Positions 1 to 7,914 of a DNA stretch of 37,915 nt are shown here, in pieces. The notes below the pieces were generated by a model. It searched no databases. It was not told where the DNA came from and saw nothing but the letters and a program-made list of their open reading frames with translations. Source of the stretch: a virus; the IMG/VR virus record IMGVR_UViG_3300009943_000002, positions 1 to 37,915 of that record, one strand, 5' to 3'. The first letter of the stretch is position 1, and each line of letters starts with the position of its first letter. A program made the translations under genes and the position numbers.

Positions 1-42
1 AGATTCGGTATCGAGGATAGCATCCACTTTCCGAACCGGGCA
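1..42. repeat. Terminal direct repeat, identical to 37874-37915 (assembly overlap of a circular or circularly permuted genome)
   Basis: agattcggtatcgaggatagcatccactttccgaaccgggca occurs at both window ends. An ORF is continuous across the junction. Confidence 0.95.
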
Positions 43-957
43 GCCCCGAACACTGGTCACAGGCACGCCAAAGGCGTCCTTGACGGGGTAAATCACGTTG
101 CCTTTTTCGTTGGCCAACTTATCCAGATAGCTCTTCATCGTGGCGTTGGCATACAGGATGCAGCCCTTCCCGGACATGGGCATGCGGTTCAAGGCCTCGA
201 TGATCAGGTCCACATCAATGATGTTGGTGGTCCCGCTCGTCTCACAATTGGCAATCCGGAAGATGCAGCGCTCGTCTTTGACCACCAGCCCACACTTGAC
301 CTGAAAATGATCCCGATAAACCTGCCACATATAGCCACTGCTATCCACTTTGGTCACTTCACCCAGATCGGTATGGGTAATCCCTCCGGATTTAGAGCCC
401 TTAGGATAAACCATAAAAACACGATTTTCGCCCCATTGCACCCCATACAGGGACGTCAAATCGGTTCCTGTTCCACCAGCCCCATAAACATTGGTCTGGG
501 ACAAGTTGTCCAGCCTGGGGGCCAGTCCGGTAAATTTTTCAGGATCAACCATCGCATTGCCATAGATCACGGTGGAGGCCAGGGTCTGAGATAGACCCTC
601 CAAAAAGGCCACCGCCTCAGAGTTGCGGAAGGCCCTGGGATCGGGAGCGGCCAGAACCAGATCCTTATCGGCCTCGGAATAGGTCTCAAGCATCCCGATC
701 GTTTCGGTTACCGGCTTGGTTTGCGAGGCCTCGGCCGCCACACCGGAGTTCAACTTCCGCCACGACCCGGAGGGTAAGGATAGACGCTGAACGATCCGAT
801 GGGCAAAAGTATCATTCGCTTCGAGCCAAGGCGCATCCTGAAGGATTTCGTTATCCCGCGAGAGCACCTCGGCGATAATCGCCATATTCCCTTTCGGATC
901 CATGCGATTGGCAAGTTCCAAAAGGGTGAGTTGACTGTATGTGTTCAAAGTTGCCAT
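1..957 (-). CDS. Major capsid protein (HK97-fold, T7/BPP-1-like). It is split by the linearisation point, and the last 3 codons plus TAG lie at 37862-37873.
   Basis: ATG at 957-955 is preceded by AGGAGGTA (961-968). The frame is open to base 1 and continues through the terminal overlap to TAG at 37864-37862, giving 322 aa in total. The gene lies directly after the portal and scaffold genes. The protein begins MATLNTYSQLTLLELANRMDP. Confidence 0.8.
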   Translation of the reverse strand, partial: MATLNTYSQLTLLELANRMDPKGNMAIIAEVLSRDNEILQDAPWLEANDTFAHRIVQRLSLPSGSWRKLNSGVAAEASQTKPVTETIGMLETYSEADKDLVLAAPDPRAFRNSEAVAFLEGLSQTLASTVIYGNAMVDPEKFTGLAPRLDNLSQTNVYGAGGTGTDLTSLYGVQWGENRVFMVYPKGSKSGGITHTDLGEVTKVDSSGYMWQVYRDHFQVKCGLVVKDERCIFRIANCETSGTTNIIDVDLIIEALNRMPMSGKGCILYANATMKSYLDKLANEKGNVIYPVKDAFGVPVTSVRGCPVRKVDAILDTES

Positions 958-973
958 TGATACCTCCTATTAG

Positions 974-1654
974 CTATCCCGTCTTTTCCATGGACGGAAA
1001 GTTTAAAAGCGGTTCTCCGCCAAGTGTTCGCTTGATTGTTTCCGGTTTTCGTTTCCCCACAACCAAGGAATCCTCCGATATTGCGTCACCTATGGCCGTG
1101 AACGCCTTGACCAGAAGGGGATTGTCCCCCAGACCGGTCTGGTCCAGGAAGGCAACCAACTCTTCACTGCCGAAGGTCTTCAGGGCCTTTCTGGCCGTCT
1201 CCAGTTTTTTTTCGAAATCCCCCTTCCATTCATCTTTCAGGGATTTGCGCATCTTTTCCCGGAGTTCGTCCTGTTGTTCCTTGATCCGCTTCACGCCGTC
1301 GTTCCACCATTCGGCCAATGATTTGGCCTGTTCGGCCGTCAGCTTTGCCTGGTGGGCGGCGGCCTTGAATTCAGATAGGAATTTCTCGTCTTTCGGCAGA
1401 TCCGCCGGTAGAGGGATATCATATTCTTCAGGCTTCTCCGGGATCTTGGGCATCCCCTTAACCAGCTCCACATAGCGGGCTGCTAAAGTGCCCACATCCG
1501 GAATATCCTTGAAACCCTCATGTCCCCTTAGATCTTCCGGTAAAGATTCGATGAATGCATTACCTTGGTCACCCTGGTTGTTTTCGCCTCCGTTCCCCTG
1601 TCCTTCGGTGATAGCCTGAGAACCGGCCCCTTCGGCAAAATTTTCTTCTGACAT
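974..1654 (-). CDS. Scaffolding protein
   Basis: 226 aa, acidic and helical (EQQDELREKMRKSLKDEW). It lies between the portal and capsid genes. I prefer ATG 1654 to the track's GTG 1660 because AGGAGGTG sits 5 nt upstream. Confidence 0.7.
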   Translation of the reverse strand: MSEENFAEGAGSQAITEGQGNGGENNQGDQGNAFIESLPEDLRGHEGFKDIPDVGTLAARYVELVKGMPKIPEKPEEYDIPLPADLPKDEKFLSEFKAAAHQAKLTAEQAKSLAEWWNDGVKRIKEQQDELREKMRKSLKDEWKGDFEKKLETARKALKTFGSEELVAFLDQTGLGDNPLLVKAFTAIGDAISEDSLVVGKRKPETIKRTLGGEPLLNFPSMEKTG

Positions 1655-1666
1655 AGACACCTCCTA

Positions 1667-1798
1667 TTATTTCCCTTTATAGCCGTTGGCATAAGCGGCC
1701 CGGCCTTGCTTCTCGGCCTTCTTCTTGGACCCCTTGCCGTGATAGATTTTTCCGTGTTTGCCCCATTGCCAACCGCCCTTGACTCGATGCACAGGCAT
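1667..1798 (-). CDS. Small basic protein, 43 aa (MPVHRVKGGWQWGKHGKIYHGKGSKKKAEKQGRAAYANGYKGK)
   Basis: Below the ORF-track size cut-off. ATG 1798 is preceded by GGAGGTG, and the ORF fills the gap between neighbouring genes exactly. I recall a KGG(W/Y)xWGxxGK motif in small podophage head-module proteins. Confidence 0.55.
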   Translation of the reverse strand: MPVHRVKGGWQWGKHGKIYHGKGSKKKAEKQGRAAYANGYKGK

Positions 1799-1810
1799 TT
1801 TGCACCTCCA

Positions 1811-2107
1811 TTATTCGTTGACTTCTTTTTTCAGCCGCTCCAGGCCTTCCGCCGTAGCCATCTCTCTCATGGCCAAGAGATAGAGGCCGATGTTTCTTTC
1901 CCCTTCGAGGAAAAAAGTCTTCGAGTTTCCGGTAAAGGTCGTGCTGAAAACATGGCACCGCTCCAAGAGGTGCCGGTAAATTCTTTTTCCGCTCTCCGTC
2001 GAAAAGGTTTTCTCAAAATCGTGCAGGAGATTCTTGAACTCCAGGTCCTTTTTTTTCGCCTCATCCTGAACCTGCTGGACTTCTTCGTGCAAAATATCCG
2101 ATTCCAT
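1811..2107 (-). CDS. Hypothetical small head-module protein (98 aa)
   Basis: Starts 2 nt after the portal stop. Its composition looks protein-like, unlike the overlapping 93-aa and 81-aa ORFs. Its position matches the small gene between portal and scaffold in BPP-1-like phages. Confidence 0.6.
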   Translation of the reverse strand: MESDILHEEVQQVQDEAKKKDLEFKNLLHDFEKTFSTESGKRIYRHLLERCHVFSTTFTGNSKTFFLEGERNIGLYLLAMREMATAEGLERLKKEVNE

Positions 2108-2108
2108 A

Positions 2109-3758
2109 TCACATCCCCAACCCGCTTAATAGATCACCCAAAACATTCCCTTCTTCCGTTCGGGTCTCCGACAGGGTCTTGGCTGCCCCTATTTCGTTCA
2201 TCGCCGCTTCGGCCTGCTTCTGCTCTTCCATCAGCTTCTGCCGGGCCGCCCTCATCTCCTGGACCCGATCATCCGGCAATATGACCTTTGCCGGCACCCC
2301 CACCATCTCCGCAAATTGATCCACCGCCTCATCAGCATTAAATTTGTCCAGGACCTCGGGTTTGAACTGGGCAAGGCCGGCAACGAAATCTGCGGCCGCC
2401 CTGATCGACTGCGTCCCGATCATCCTCTGGGCCTGGGCCAAGATTGAGACGTAATCCACCTTCAGGTCTTGCCCTATAATCTCTTGCGGTGGGGGTGGAA
2501 CCATGCCCCGACGAACCATGATGCCGAAGGTTCTGTCAATGACCCGATCATGAAATTCGGTGGAATGCCGGTCAATGAACGGTCCCAATATCAGTTTCTC
2601 TTCGTGCCGCTCCATGACCTCACGGGCCGTCATTTGCGGGTTATCACTTTGGGTGAGCATCAGAAAAATGTCGTTGAAAAAGGCCCGCCGGATCGATAAT
2701 TCGATTCTGGCGATCCTCTGCTCTACGCCGCCGAAATCCGTACTGACCTGATACAGGGGCTCGGCTCGCCCCATGGTTTGGGTGTCGATATAATTGATTG
2801 CGCCTGGTAGTAGAGACACCACCCCCTTGAACCCAGAGGGGACCGACATGGGCGGATCTACATGCTTGTGCAGCGCCTTCAGGGTGGTTTTTTCGATTTC
2901 ATTCAGCATCTTGACATCGGACAAGACCTTCATGGCTTGGGACCGGCCATACACGTCCGGGCCAGATGTATTCCAGCGTGGAACAAAATAGGGGAATTCT
3001 TCGTATCCGCCCACCCAAAGAGGTTTTTCAAGGTTGCCCATTTCGAGATAGACCGATTCATAGGGCATGTTCAACCGATCCAGCTTATCGCTGTCTCTCT
3101 CTCTGCGGGGTTGGACGACATGGAGGACCTCCATCCATTCATAGGGAGACCCATCCACCTGATTGCGTCTCGTCTCGGAGAGGTTCTCGATCCCAAAAGA
3201 TGTAGCTGCATTCTTAACCGTCATCCAATAACGGCGGTATAGGGTGTCCACTAAGCCATTGTGTCCCTCTGCGATACAGTATTCGCCGACGGCGCAGGGA
3301 CGGAACCAGATGGTTGTGGTCGGGGATTCTTCTTCATATAGGCATGCAATGCCAAAACCAAGAATATCTGCATAAAGAGACATTACGGCTGCATAAAAAT
3401 TGGATTTGGAGAACAGTCGATACATGAGCTGCTCGACATAATCCAGCCATTCCCGCACCGGGCCATATCCGGCCAGTTCGGCATCGGCCAAGGTCAGCCT
3501 AAACCAGGGGCGGGAGGGGGAAGTCAACCCCATCTGCATCCCGGCGGCCCCTCTATCCAGGGCTTCCTCGGCCACACCATTGATGATCTTGGACCGTCTC
3601 TTTTCGCCCCGGTTGGGTTGCTGCCCCTCCCGCGAGAAAAATCCGCTGTCAGGCAAAATATATTCCTGGATTTCTTTCCAGTGCGCCTCCCAAGGAGACC
3701 GCTCTTCTTCTAATTCGGCCAGGCGATCAAAGTATTCTTGGATCTGTTCTCGCTCCAT
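2109..3758 (-). CDS. Portal (head-to-tail connector) protein, podovirus T7 gp8-like
   Basis: 549 aa. The N-terminal region (SPWEAHWKEIQEYILP) and the size are typical of podovirus connectors. It lies downstream of the terminase genes. Confidence 0.8.
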   Translation of the reverse strand: MEREQIQEYFDRLAELEEERSPWEAHWKEIQEYILPDSGFFSREGQQPNRGEKRRSKIINGVAEEALDRGAAGMQMGLTSPSRPWFRLTLADAELAGYGPVREWLDYVEQLMYRLFSKSNFYAAVMSLYADILGFGIACLYEEESPTTTIWFRPCAVGEYCIAEGHNGLVDTLYRRYWMTVKNAATSFGIENLSETRRNQVDGSPYEWMEVLHVVQPRRERDSDKLDRLNMPYESVYLEMGNLEKPLWVGGYEEFPYFVPRWNTSGPDVYGRSQAMKVLSDVKMLNEIEKTTLKALHKHVDPPMSVPSGFKGVVSLLPGAINYIDTQTMGRAEPLYQVSTDFGGVEQRIARIELSIRRAFFNDIFLMLTQSDNPQMTAREVMERHEEKLILGPFIDRHSTEFHDRVIDRTFGIMVRRGMVPPPPQEIIGQDLKVDYVSILAQAQRMIGTQSIRAAADFVAGLAQFKPEVLDKFNADEAVDQFAEMVGVPAKVILPDDRVQEMRAARQKLMEEQKQAEAAMNEIGAAKTLSETRTEEGNVLGDLLSGLGM

Positions 3759-3760
3759 TG

Positions 3761-4306
3761 CTATTCACCCAAGAGGGTTTTTCGTTTTGTTGGCGCTGGG
3801 GAGGTTGCACCGGTTCCGCCGGTCATCATGGTTGACTTTCTTCCGGCGGCACCGGAGGCCAGACGACGACGCAGATTCTCGGTATATGCCTGCTCCTGGG
3901 CCTCTGATTCGGCCTTTGCCTTGGCCAGGCGCTCCTGCTCCCTCATGTAGGCATCATACTGCATGGCCAACATGTCGGATTGGAGGTTGTAATATTCCCC
4001 CATCATCTGAGCATATTGCTGGTTCTGCTCCTCGATTGCTGCGTTATGCCTGGCTATTTCGGCTCGGGCCGCCGCCGCATCTTCTTCGGCTTTTCGCTTA
4101 TCCGCCTCTTCCTGCTCTTTTTCTCGCTTGACGTCTGCCTCAGCCTCTCCCCAGGTCTCCACGACATCTTTGATGCCATAGGCCGAGGCAATGCCCGGAT
4201 CAAAAGATAGCCCAAAATACTTCCAGGGGTCGTTTTCAATTCTCTGCCACCCCTTGCTCGCACCCCGCATAAACAAATCAAGAAAATCTCCCTTATTGCC
4301 GCCCAT
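3761..4306 (-). CDS. Hypothetical coiled-coil protein between terL and portal
   Basis: 181 aa with a Glu/Ala/Lys-rich central helix and a GGGGGGGAAAG SD-like tract upstream. It overlaps the terL end by 14 nt. Confidence 0.55.
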   Translation of the reverse strand: MGGNKGDFLDLFMRGASKGWQRIENDPWKYFGLSFDPGIASAYGIKDVVETWGEAEADVKREKEQEEADKRKAEEDAAAARAEIARHNAAIEEQNQQYAQMMGEYYNLQSDMLAMQYDAYMREQERLAKAKAESEAQEQAYTENLRRRLASGAAGRKSTMMTGGTGATSPAPTKRKTLLGE

Positions 4307-5780
4307 CTTTCCCCCCCATCGAATAATTCAAAACATCATATTCAATCTTCGCCTGCTGCCGGGCCCGCTCTCTACCTCGCCATCCCTCTTTTCTGACAGG
4401 CCGTGCGAAGGAGAGGGCCAAAGCATCGGCCCGGTTCGGCGAGGGCAATCCCCGCTTTTTCATGTCGTCCTTCGATTCCAGGAGTAGCTTCCCGGCATTT
4501 TTGCCCGTGGCAATCACATGGGCCTCCGGTCCTATCAGGTCGTCGCACAACACACGATCATCTGGGATAGCTCCACCATCCCGCAACCATTCCTTCATCT
4601 GCGCCCACATATACATCCGTAGGTTGGCATATTGCGGATCCGGAGATGCCTCCCCGAAGGGTACAATGATCCAGTCCCGTCCCAGTTGTTTGCCCGCCGA
4701 ATAGACCCCGGTCCCATAGCCAAAATCAATAAACACGGCATCAGCCTGGTGCTCATCCTCCAGCCTGGCCAAATGACCGGCAATGACCATGTCGTTGTCG
4801 TTTTTCGGGAATGTAGCCAAGATCGAAAAGACCAGGCCCTGCCTCATCCCGATCACCGTTTCATCGCTCCCTGTCCAGGCGTTGTCGAGGGTAATGATCT
4901 TGGGCGCCCACTGATATTTGGTGATATGATACTGCCTGGCCCTCGCCTCCTCGACATACTCGCGGGGGATGAATTGATGGTCCGATGCAGAAGGGAATTG
5001 CCCGAGAATGCGGACCTTGACAAAGTCAGAGTCCAGCCCATAATCCTCGATCCATTGATTGATCTGATCCTTGTTGGTCCGGGTGACCGACCGGCTATCT
5101 ATTTGCCTGGTGATCCAGCGTGCTCGGAACCGATGGAAGCAATCAAAGAATCGCCCCTGATTGCGGGTGGGGTTGCCGAAGGCCAACCAGAAGGCCCCCC
5201 TCTCAGTCATGGCCCCCTCTGTTACCTCCCAAATCACATCATCGATCAGTGAGGCTTCGTCATAAATGATCAGGACATTTTCCTCATGCGTGCCCGCAAA
5301 AGCTTCTGACCGTTCTCGGGTCCATGGAATCGCTGAAGCGAACCAGGTCTCCGGATGTGGTATAAAGTAGAACTTGGTGGCTGTCCATTCAAACCAATGG
5401 GCATGTATGGCCAAACGATGCCACTTGGCCAATTCGCGCCATGTTTTTGTTGTGAGTTGGGTCTGGGTATTGGCCGTGACGACGATCTGCGGGTGGGCGC
5501 GGGTCGAGATGAACCAGAGGATGATCCAGGAGACCAGGGCTGTCTTGCCAATGCCGTGTCCAGAGGCTACCGCCACCCGCACAGACTCCCTGGATGTCAG
5601 GGTAGCCCTCCCGATCTCCGCCAGGATGTCCGCCTGCCAGGCCTCCGGACCGTCCTCACCGGCAAGCGGCCCCTCGCCCCAAGGGAAAATATAATGAACG
5701 AAACCAAGAGGGTCGTCGTAGAACTGGGCGACGTGATCCATCAGGGTCTCATCTCGTCTATTGGCCGTCATTACCGCCAT
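4293..5780 (-). CDS. terL: Terminase large subunit
   Basis: 495 aa with a Walker A-like ASGHGIGKT, a Walker B LIIYDEAS, and C-terminal nuclease-type motifs (VFIDFGYGTG, NRADALAL). Confidence 0.88.
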   Translation of the reverse strand: MAVMTANRRDETLMDHVAQFYDDPLGFVHYIFPWGEGPLAGEDGPEAWQADILAEIGRATLTSRESVRVAVASGHGIGKTALVSWIILWFISTRAHPQIVVTANTQTQLTTKTWRELAKWHRLAIHAHWFEWTATKFYFIPHPETWFASAIPWTRERSEAFAGTHEENVLIIYDEASLIDDVIWEVTEGAMTERGAFWLAFGNPTRNQGRFFDCFHRFRARWITRQIDSRSVTRTNKDQINQWIEDYGLDSDFVKVRILGQFPSASDHQFIPREYVEEARARQYHITKYQWAPKIITLDNAWTGSDETVIGMRQGLVFSILATFPKNDNDMVIAGHLARLEDEHQADAVFIDFGYGTGVYSAGKQLGRDWIIVPFGEASPDPQYANLRMYMWAQMKEWLRDGGAIPDDRVLCDDLIGPEAHVIATGKNAGKLLLESKDDMKKRGLPSPNRADALALSFARPVRKEGWRGRERARQQAKIEYDVLNYSMGGKDGRQ

Positions 5781-6378
5781 GCGCTTTTCTCTTGGCCGCC
5801 CTTAGCCGCTCCTCCAGGTTGGCGATCGTTACGTCTTCGAGTTCGACACGCTCCGCCCACAGGCGGAGATATTTGGCGAGCTTTTCCAGGGCCGCGGGCT
5901 TGTCCCAGAGTTTGACCCTCTTGATTTGGGTCCCATCTCTGCCGTCGATGATGTCCAGGCTGGCGATGGATGCGGCCGTGGCGTCATCCCACTCCGATGG
6001 TTTCTTGATGGTGCCGTCCTTGTTGAGGATTTTGCGCAGATCGGCCATTGCCAAATAGGCGAGCTGCTTGAGGACATTTTGTTTGGTGACGCCAGATCTT
6101 TTCAAGATATCTTCTTCGTATAGCCGCACCGCCGCCTGGACCTGCTCGCATCCGCGGCGGCTGCTCAGAATGGTAGAGGCGAGAGAGTCGGCCGATCTCG
6201 GCGAGTATCCGGCGGAGATGGCCGAGGCCCTGGCGTTGTGGGTGATGGCGTAATGGTAGGCAAATATCCGTTGCCGGTAGGTTAGCCCGAGCTCGCGGAT
6301 ACCTGGGATGTCAAGATTGGCTTCAGTTTTTTTTCTGCCCATATTATTGGCTGATAACATTTTTTTTATTTTCGTCAA
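5758..6378 (-). CDS. terS: Terminase small subunit (P27/Terminase_2-type HTH)
   Basis: LTYRQRIFAYHYAITHNARASAISAGYSPRSA matches the conserved small-terminase HTH. It overlaps the terL start. The start codon is uncertain (TTG 6378, ATG 6360 or ATG 6342), and none has a clear SD. Confidence 0.75.
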   Translation of the reverse strand: MTKIKKMLSANNMGRKKTEANLDIPGIRELGLTYRQRIFAYHYAITHNARASAISAGYSPRSADSLASTILSSRRGCEQVQAAVRLYEEDILKRSGVTKQNVLKQLAYLAMADLRKILNKDGTIKKPSEWDDATAASIASLDIIDGRDGTQIKRVKLWDKPAALEKLAKYLRLWAERVELEDVTIANLEERLRAAKRKAHGGNDGQ

Positions 6379-6597
6379 CCCGTCGCCAGGGGCGACAATT
6401 AGGATGCGATATATAGGGGCGCTTTCAGGGTTGCGATAAAGTCACAATATATTGTTGTATGATTTTTTTGGGATGCTATATTCAGTTTTTTTGGCACACT
6501 TCTTGCTTCTAAGCCCCAAACCACAATATCTTGCGGTCACCTCTACTCCTCCACAACATCTTGTATCAAAAAATTTTTAATTTTATTCATTTTTTTC

Positions 6598-6626
6598 TTG
6601 ACATCAAGATAATCATGATATATATT
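6598..6626 (+). promoter_or_regulatory. Sigma70-type promoter TTGACA-17-TATATT with an A/T-rich UP-like tract upstream
   Basis: TTGACA at 6598-6603, a 17-nt spacer, and TATATT at 6621-6626. An aaaaatttttaattttattcattttttt tract precedes it. It lies about 50 nt upstream of ORF 6677. Confidence 0.6.
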
Positions 6627-6676
6627 ATGATCAACAAAATAACGAACCGGCAAATAGCCGGGAAAGGAGGGAAAAA

Positions 6677-7018
6677 ATGAAATCCTATAATGACCTCATG
6701 GAGCTCACTGGCTCCATGAGCGGAGTGGTGGTCTATGGCCGAGAGGCCATAGTGTGTAATTGGTCATCTGTTAATGGGTTCCCCCGCCTGACGCCGTTGG
6801 GCGGGGGGATCATTGGCCTTGGGGAGGATATCCCCGAGGCCGAGGGCCGGGACGCAACCGGCCAAGAAATCGCCGCCCTGCTCAGGGGCGTCCGGATAAT
6901 ATATTCTGACGCCCCCGAGCGGGACATTGACGACCTTTTCCGGGGCCGGTGCCCCGGGAAGGTCTATGGCTTCCCAAAATTCGGGGCGATTGTAATCGCC
7001 CCAGAGGGCTGGAATTAA
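6677..7018 (+). CDS. Hypothetical protein (113 aa), candidate moron
   Basis: AAAGGAGGG SD 6-7 nt upstream. It has its own promoter and its own terminator and is oriented opposite to the flanking operons. Confidence 0.65.
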   Translation: MKSYNDLMELTGSMSGVVVYGREAIVCNWSSVNGFPRLTPLGGGIIGLGEDIPEAEGRDATGQEIAALLRGVRIIYSDAPERDIDDLFRGRCPGKVYGFPKFGAIVIAPEGWN

Positions 7019-7025
7019 GTCTTTT

Positions 7026-7058
7026 GGGCCGCCCCCTGTCTTTGGGGGTGGCCCTTTT
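7026..7058 (+). terminator. Rho-independent terminator
   Basis: GGGCCGCCCCC (7026-7036), loop tgtcttt, GGGGGTGGCCC (7044-7054), followed by TTTT. Confidence 0.75.
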
Positions 7059-7067
7059 CCACTGATC

Positions 7068-7208
7068 ATGGTGCTGGCCTTTTGGACGAGGCTGTTGCCG
7101 TTTGACCAGGTGGCCAGGCTGTTTGGTGTGTCGTGGCAAGGGGTCAACGACATTGTGTCGGCAGCTATTGCCCTGCGGGCCGCCGCAAGAAATATAACCA
7201 AAAAATAA
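7068..7208 (+). CDS. 46-aa ORF with an HTH-like segment. It could be a remnant of an ECF sigma region 4 or of a transposase HTH.
   Basis: MVLAFWTRLLPFDQVARLFGVSWQGVNDIVSAAIALRAAARNITKK. There is no SD. It ends 16 nt before the ZAS-like ORF. Confidence 0.3.
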   Translation: MVLAFWTRLLPFDQVARLFGVSWQGVNDIVSAAIALRAAARNITKK

Positions 7209-7224
7209 AAGGGGGTGAAACGGC

Positions 7225-7437
7225 ATGAAGTTGGCATGTGGCAAGGACCCTGTGGCTGAGGGAATTGAGCGCCAGCCAGGGGTATGGGACATGCGGGTAT
7301 TTGATCAGCACGTAGAGTCATGTCCCGAATGTATGGCGCTGGTGCGAAAGATCCGCCGGCGCCTGGAGGACGCCCTCCGCAAGGGCGCTCCGTCAACGGT
7401 AATTATCACCGCCCAAGATATGGGCATCAAGGCTTAG
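7225..7437 (+). CDS. Minimal zinc-binding anti-sigma-factor-like protein (ZAS / zf-HC2 motif)
   Basis: 70 aa with an AAGGGGGTG SD. H29-x3-C33-x2-C36 (HVESCPEC) plus C5 lying 24 residues upstream reproduces the four-ligand ZAS pattern. Confidence 0.5.
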   Translation: MKLACGKDPVAEGIERQPGVWDMRVFDQHVESCPECMALVRKIRRRLEDALRKGAPSTVIITAQDMGIKA

Positions 7438-7477
7438 GCCACAGGACCGGCCCGGCACAAACCCGGGCCAAACCAAG

Positions 7478-7517
7478 GGCCGACTATCCCAATGGGGGAT
7501 GGTCGGCCTTTTTTATT
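7478..7517 (+). terminator. Rho-independent terminator
   Basis: GGCCGAC (7478-7484) pairs with GTCGGCC (7502-7508) and there is additional internal pairing. It is followed by TTTTTTATTT. Confidence 0.7.
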
Positions 7518-7577
7518 TCGATCGGCCAAGGGCCGGAAGAAGTGGACAATTGTTATCGGGATGGTATCAACCGGTAC

Positions 7578-7626
7578 AATGATAGTTTGAACTTAAATTT
7601 TTTAGTAATGATAGTTTGAACTTAAA
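7578..7626. repeat. Two 20-bp direct repeats of AATGATAGTTTGAACTTAAA, a putative operator/promoter for the RHH gene
   Basis: Exact copies at 7578-7597 and 7607-7626, 29 bp apart start to start. TTGAAC (7587-7592) with a 17-nt spacer and GATAGT (7610-7615) forms a candidate promoter built from the two repeats. Confidence 0.6.
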
Positions 7627-7699
7627 ATTATTGAGTTTGGTGTGTCTTGGAATACCGCAAAGCTTACAACGGAAAATTTTTTATGAATTGGAGGTCAAC

Positions 7700-7897
7700 A
7701 TGCAAGAGCCAAGCAAAAACATGTTTCTTCGCAACATTCCCCAGTCTGTCCATCGGGCGCTGAAGGTCCGTGCGGCCCAGGAGGGAAAAACAATGCAGGG
7801 GCTGATCCTGGACTTGATCTGGGAACACATCAATAGCCCGCTTCCTGGCGGGGGCAGGAAAAAATTAGACACTGAACATGGCGATAACAAACAATAA
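7700..7897 (+). CDS. Ribbon-helix-helix protein, FitA/VapB-antitoxin-like, with no adjacent toxin
   Basis: ATG 7700 follows TGGAGGT. FLRNIPQSVHRALKVRAAQEGKTMQGLILDLI is a typical RHH N-terminus. The track ORF starts earlier at a non-SD start. Confidence 0.65.
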   Translation: MQEPSKNMFLRNIPQSVHRALKVRAAQEGKTMQGLILDLIWEHINSPLPGGGRKKLDTEHGDNKQ

Positions 7898-7914
7898 AGT
7901 AGCGCCTTAAGTTT

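Noticed and set aside
1205-1212. Homopolymer A8/T8 runs inside coding regions (1205-1212 in scaffold, 2049-2056, about 6325, about 10290 and about 11831) as slippage or phase-variation sites.
   Set aside because: All correspond to Lys-Lys(-Lys) codons in Lys-rich proteins. No alternative downstream frame yields a plausible extended product.
4632-5252. Long plus-strand ORFs antisense to structural and early genes, including 1706-2284, 3580-4131, 5355-5915, 10584-11102, 20982-21512 and 28210-28650.
   Set aside because: They are shadow ORFs opposite well-supported minus-strand genes. They are rich in Arg/Ser/Pro/Gly, lack an SD and lack coupling to neighbours.
6764-7396. A 210-aa minus-strand ORF, with the nested 6882-7292 ORF, spanning the moron island.
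   Set aside because: It runs antisense through two plus-strand genes and an intrinsic terminator. Its composition is Pro/Arg/Gly-rich and it has no SD.
7578-7626. A CRISPR-like array, considered for the tandem repeats here and for the (TCTGTA)n run at 9378-9419.
   Set aside because: There are only two 20-bp copies separated by 9 nt, and they overlap promoter elements. The other repeat is a coding hexanucleotide microsatellite. Neither has a repeat-spacer structure.
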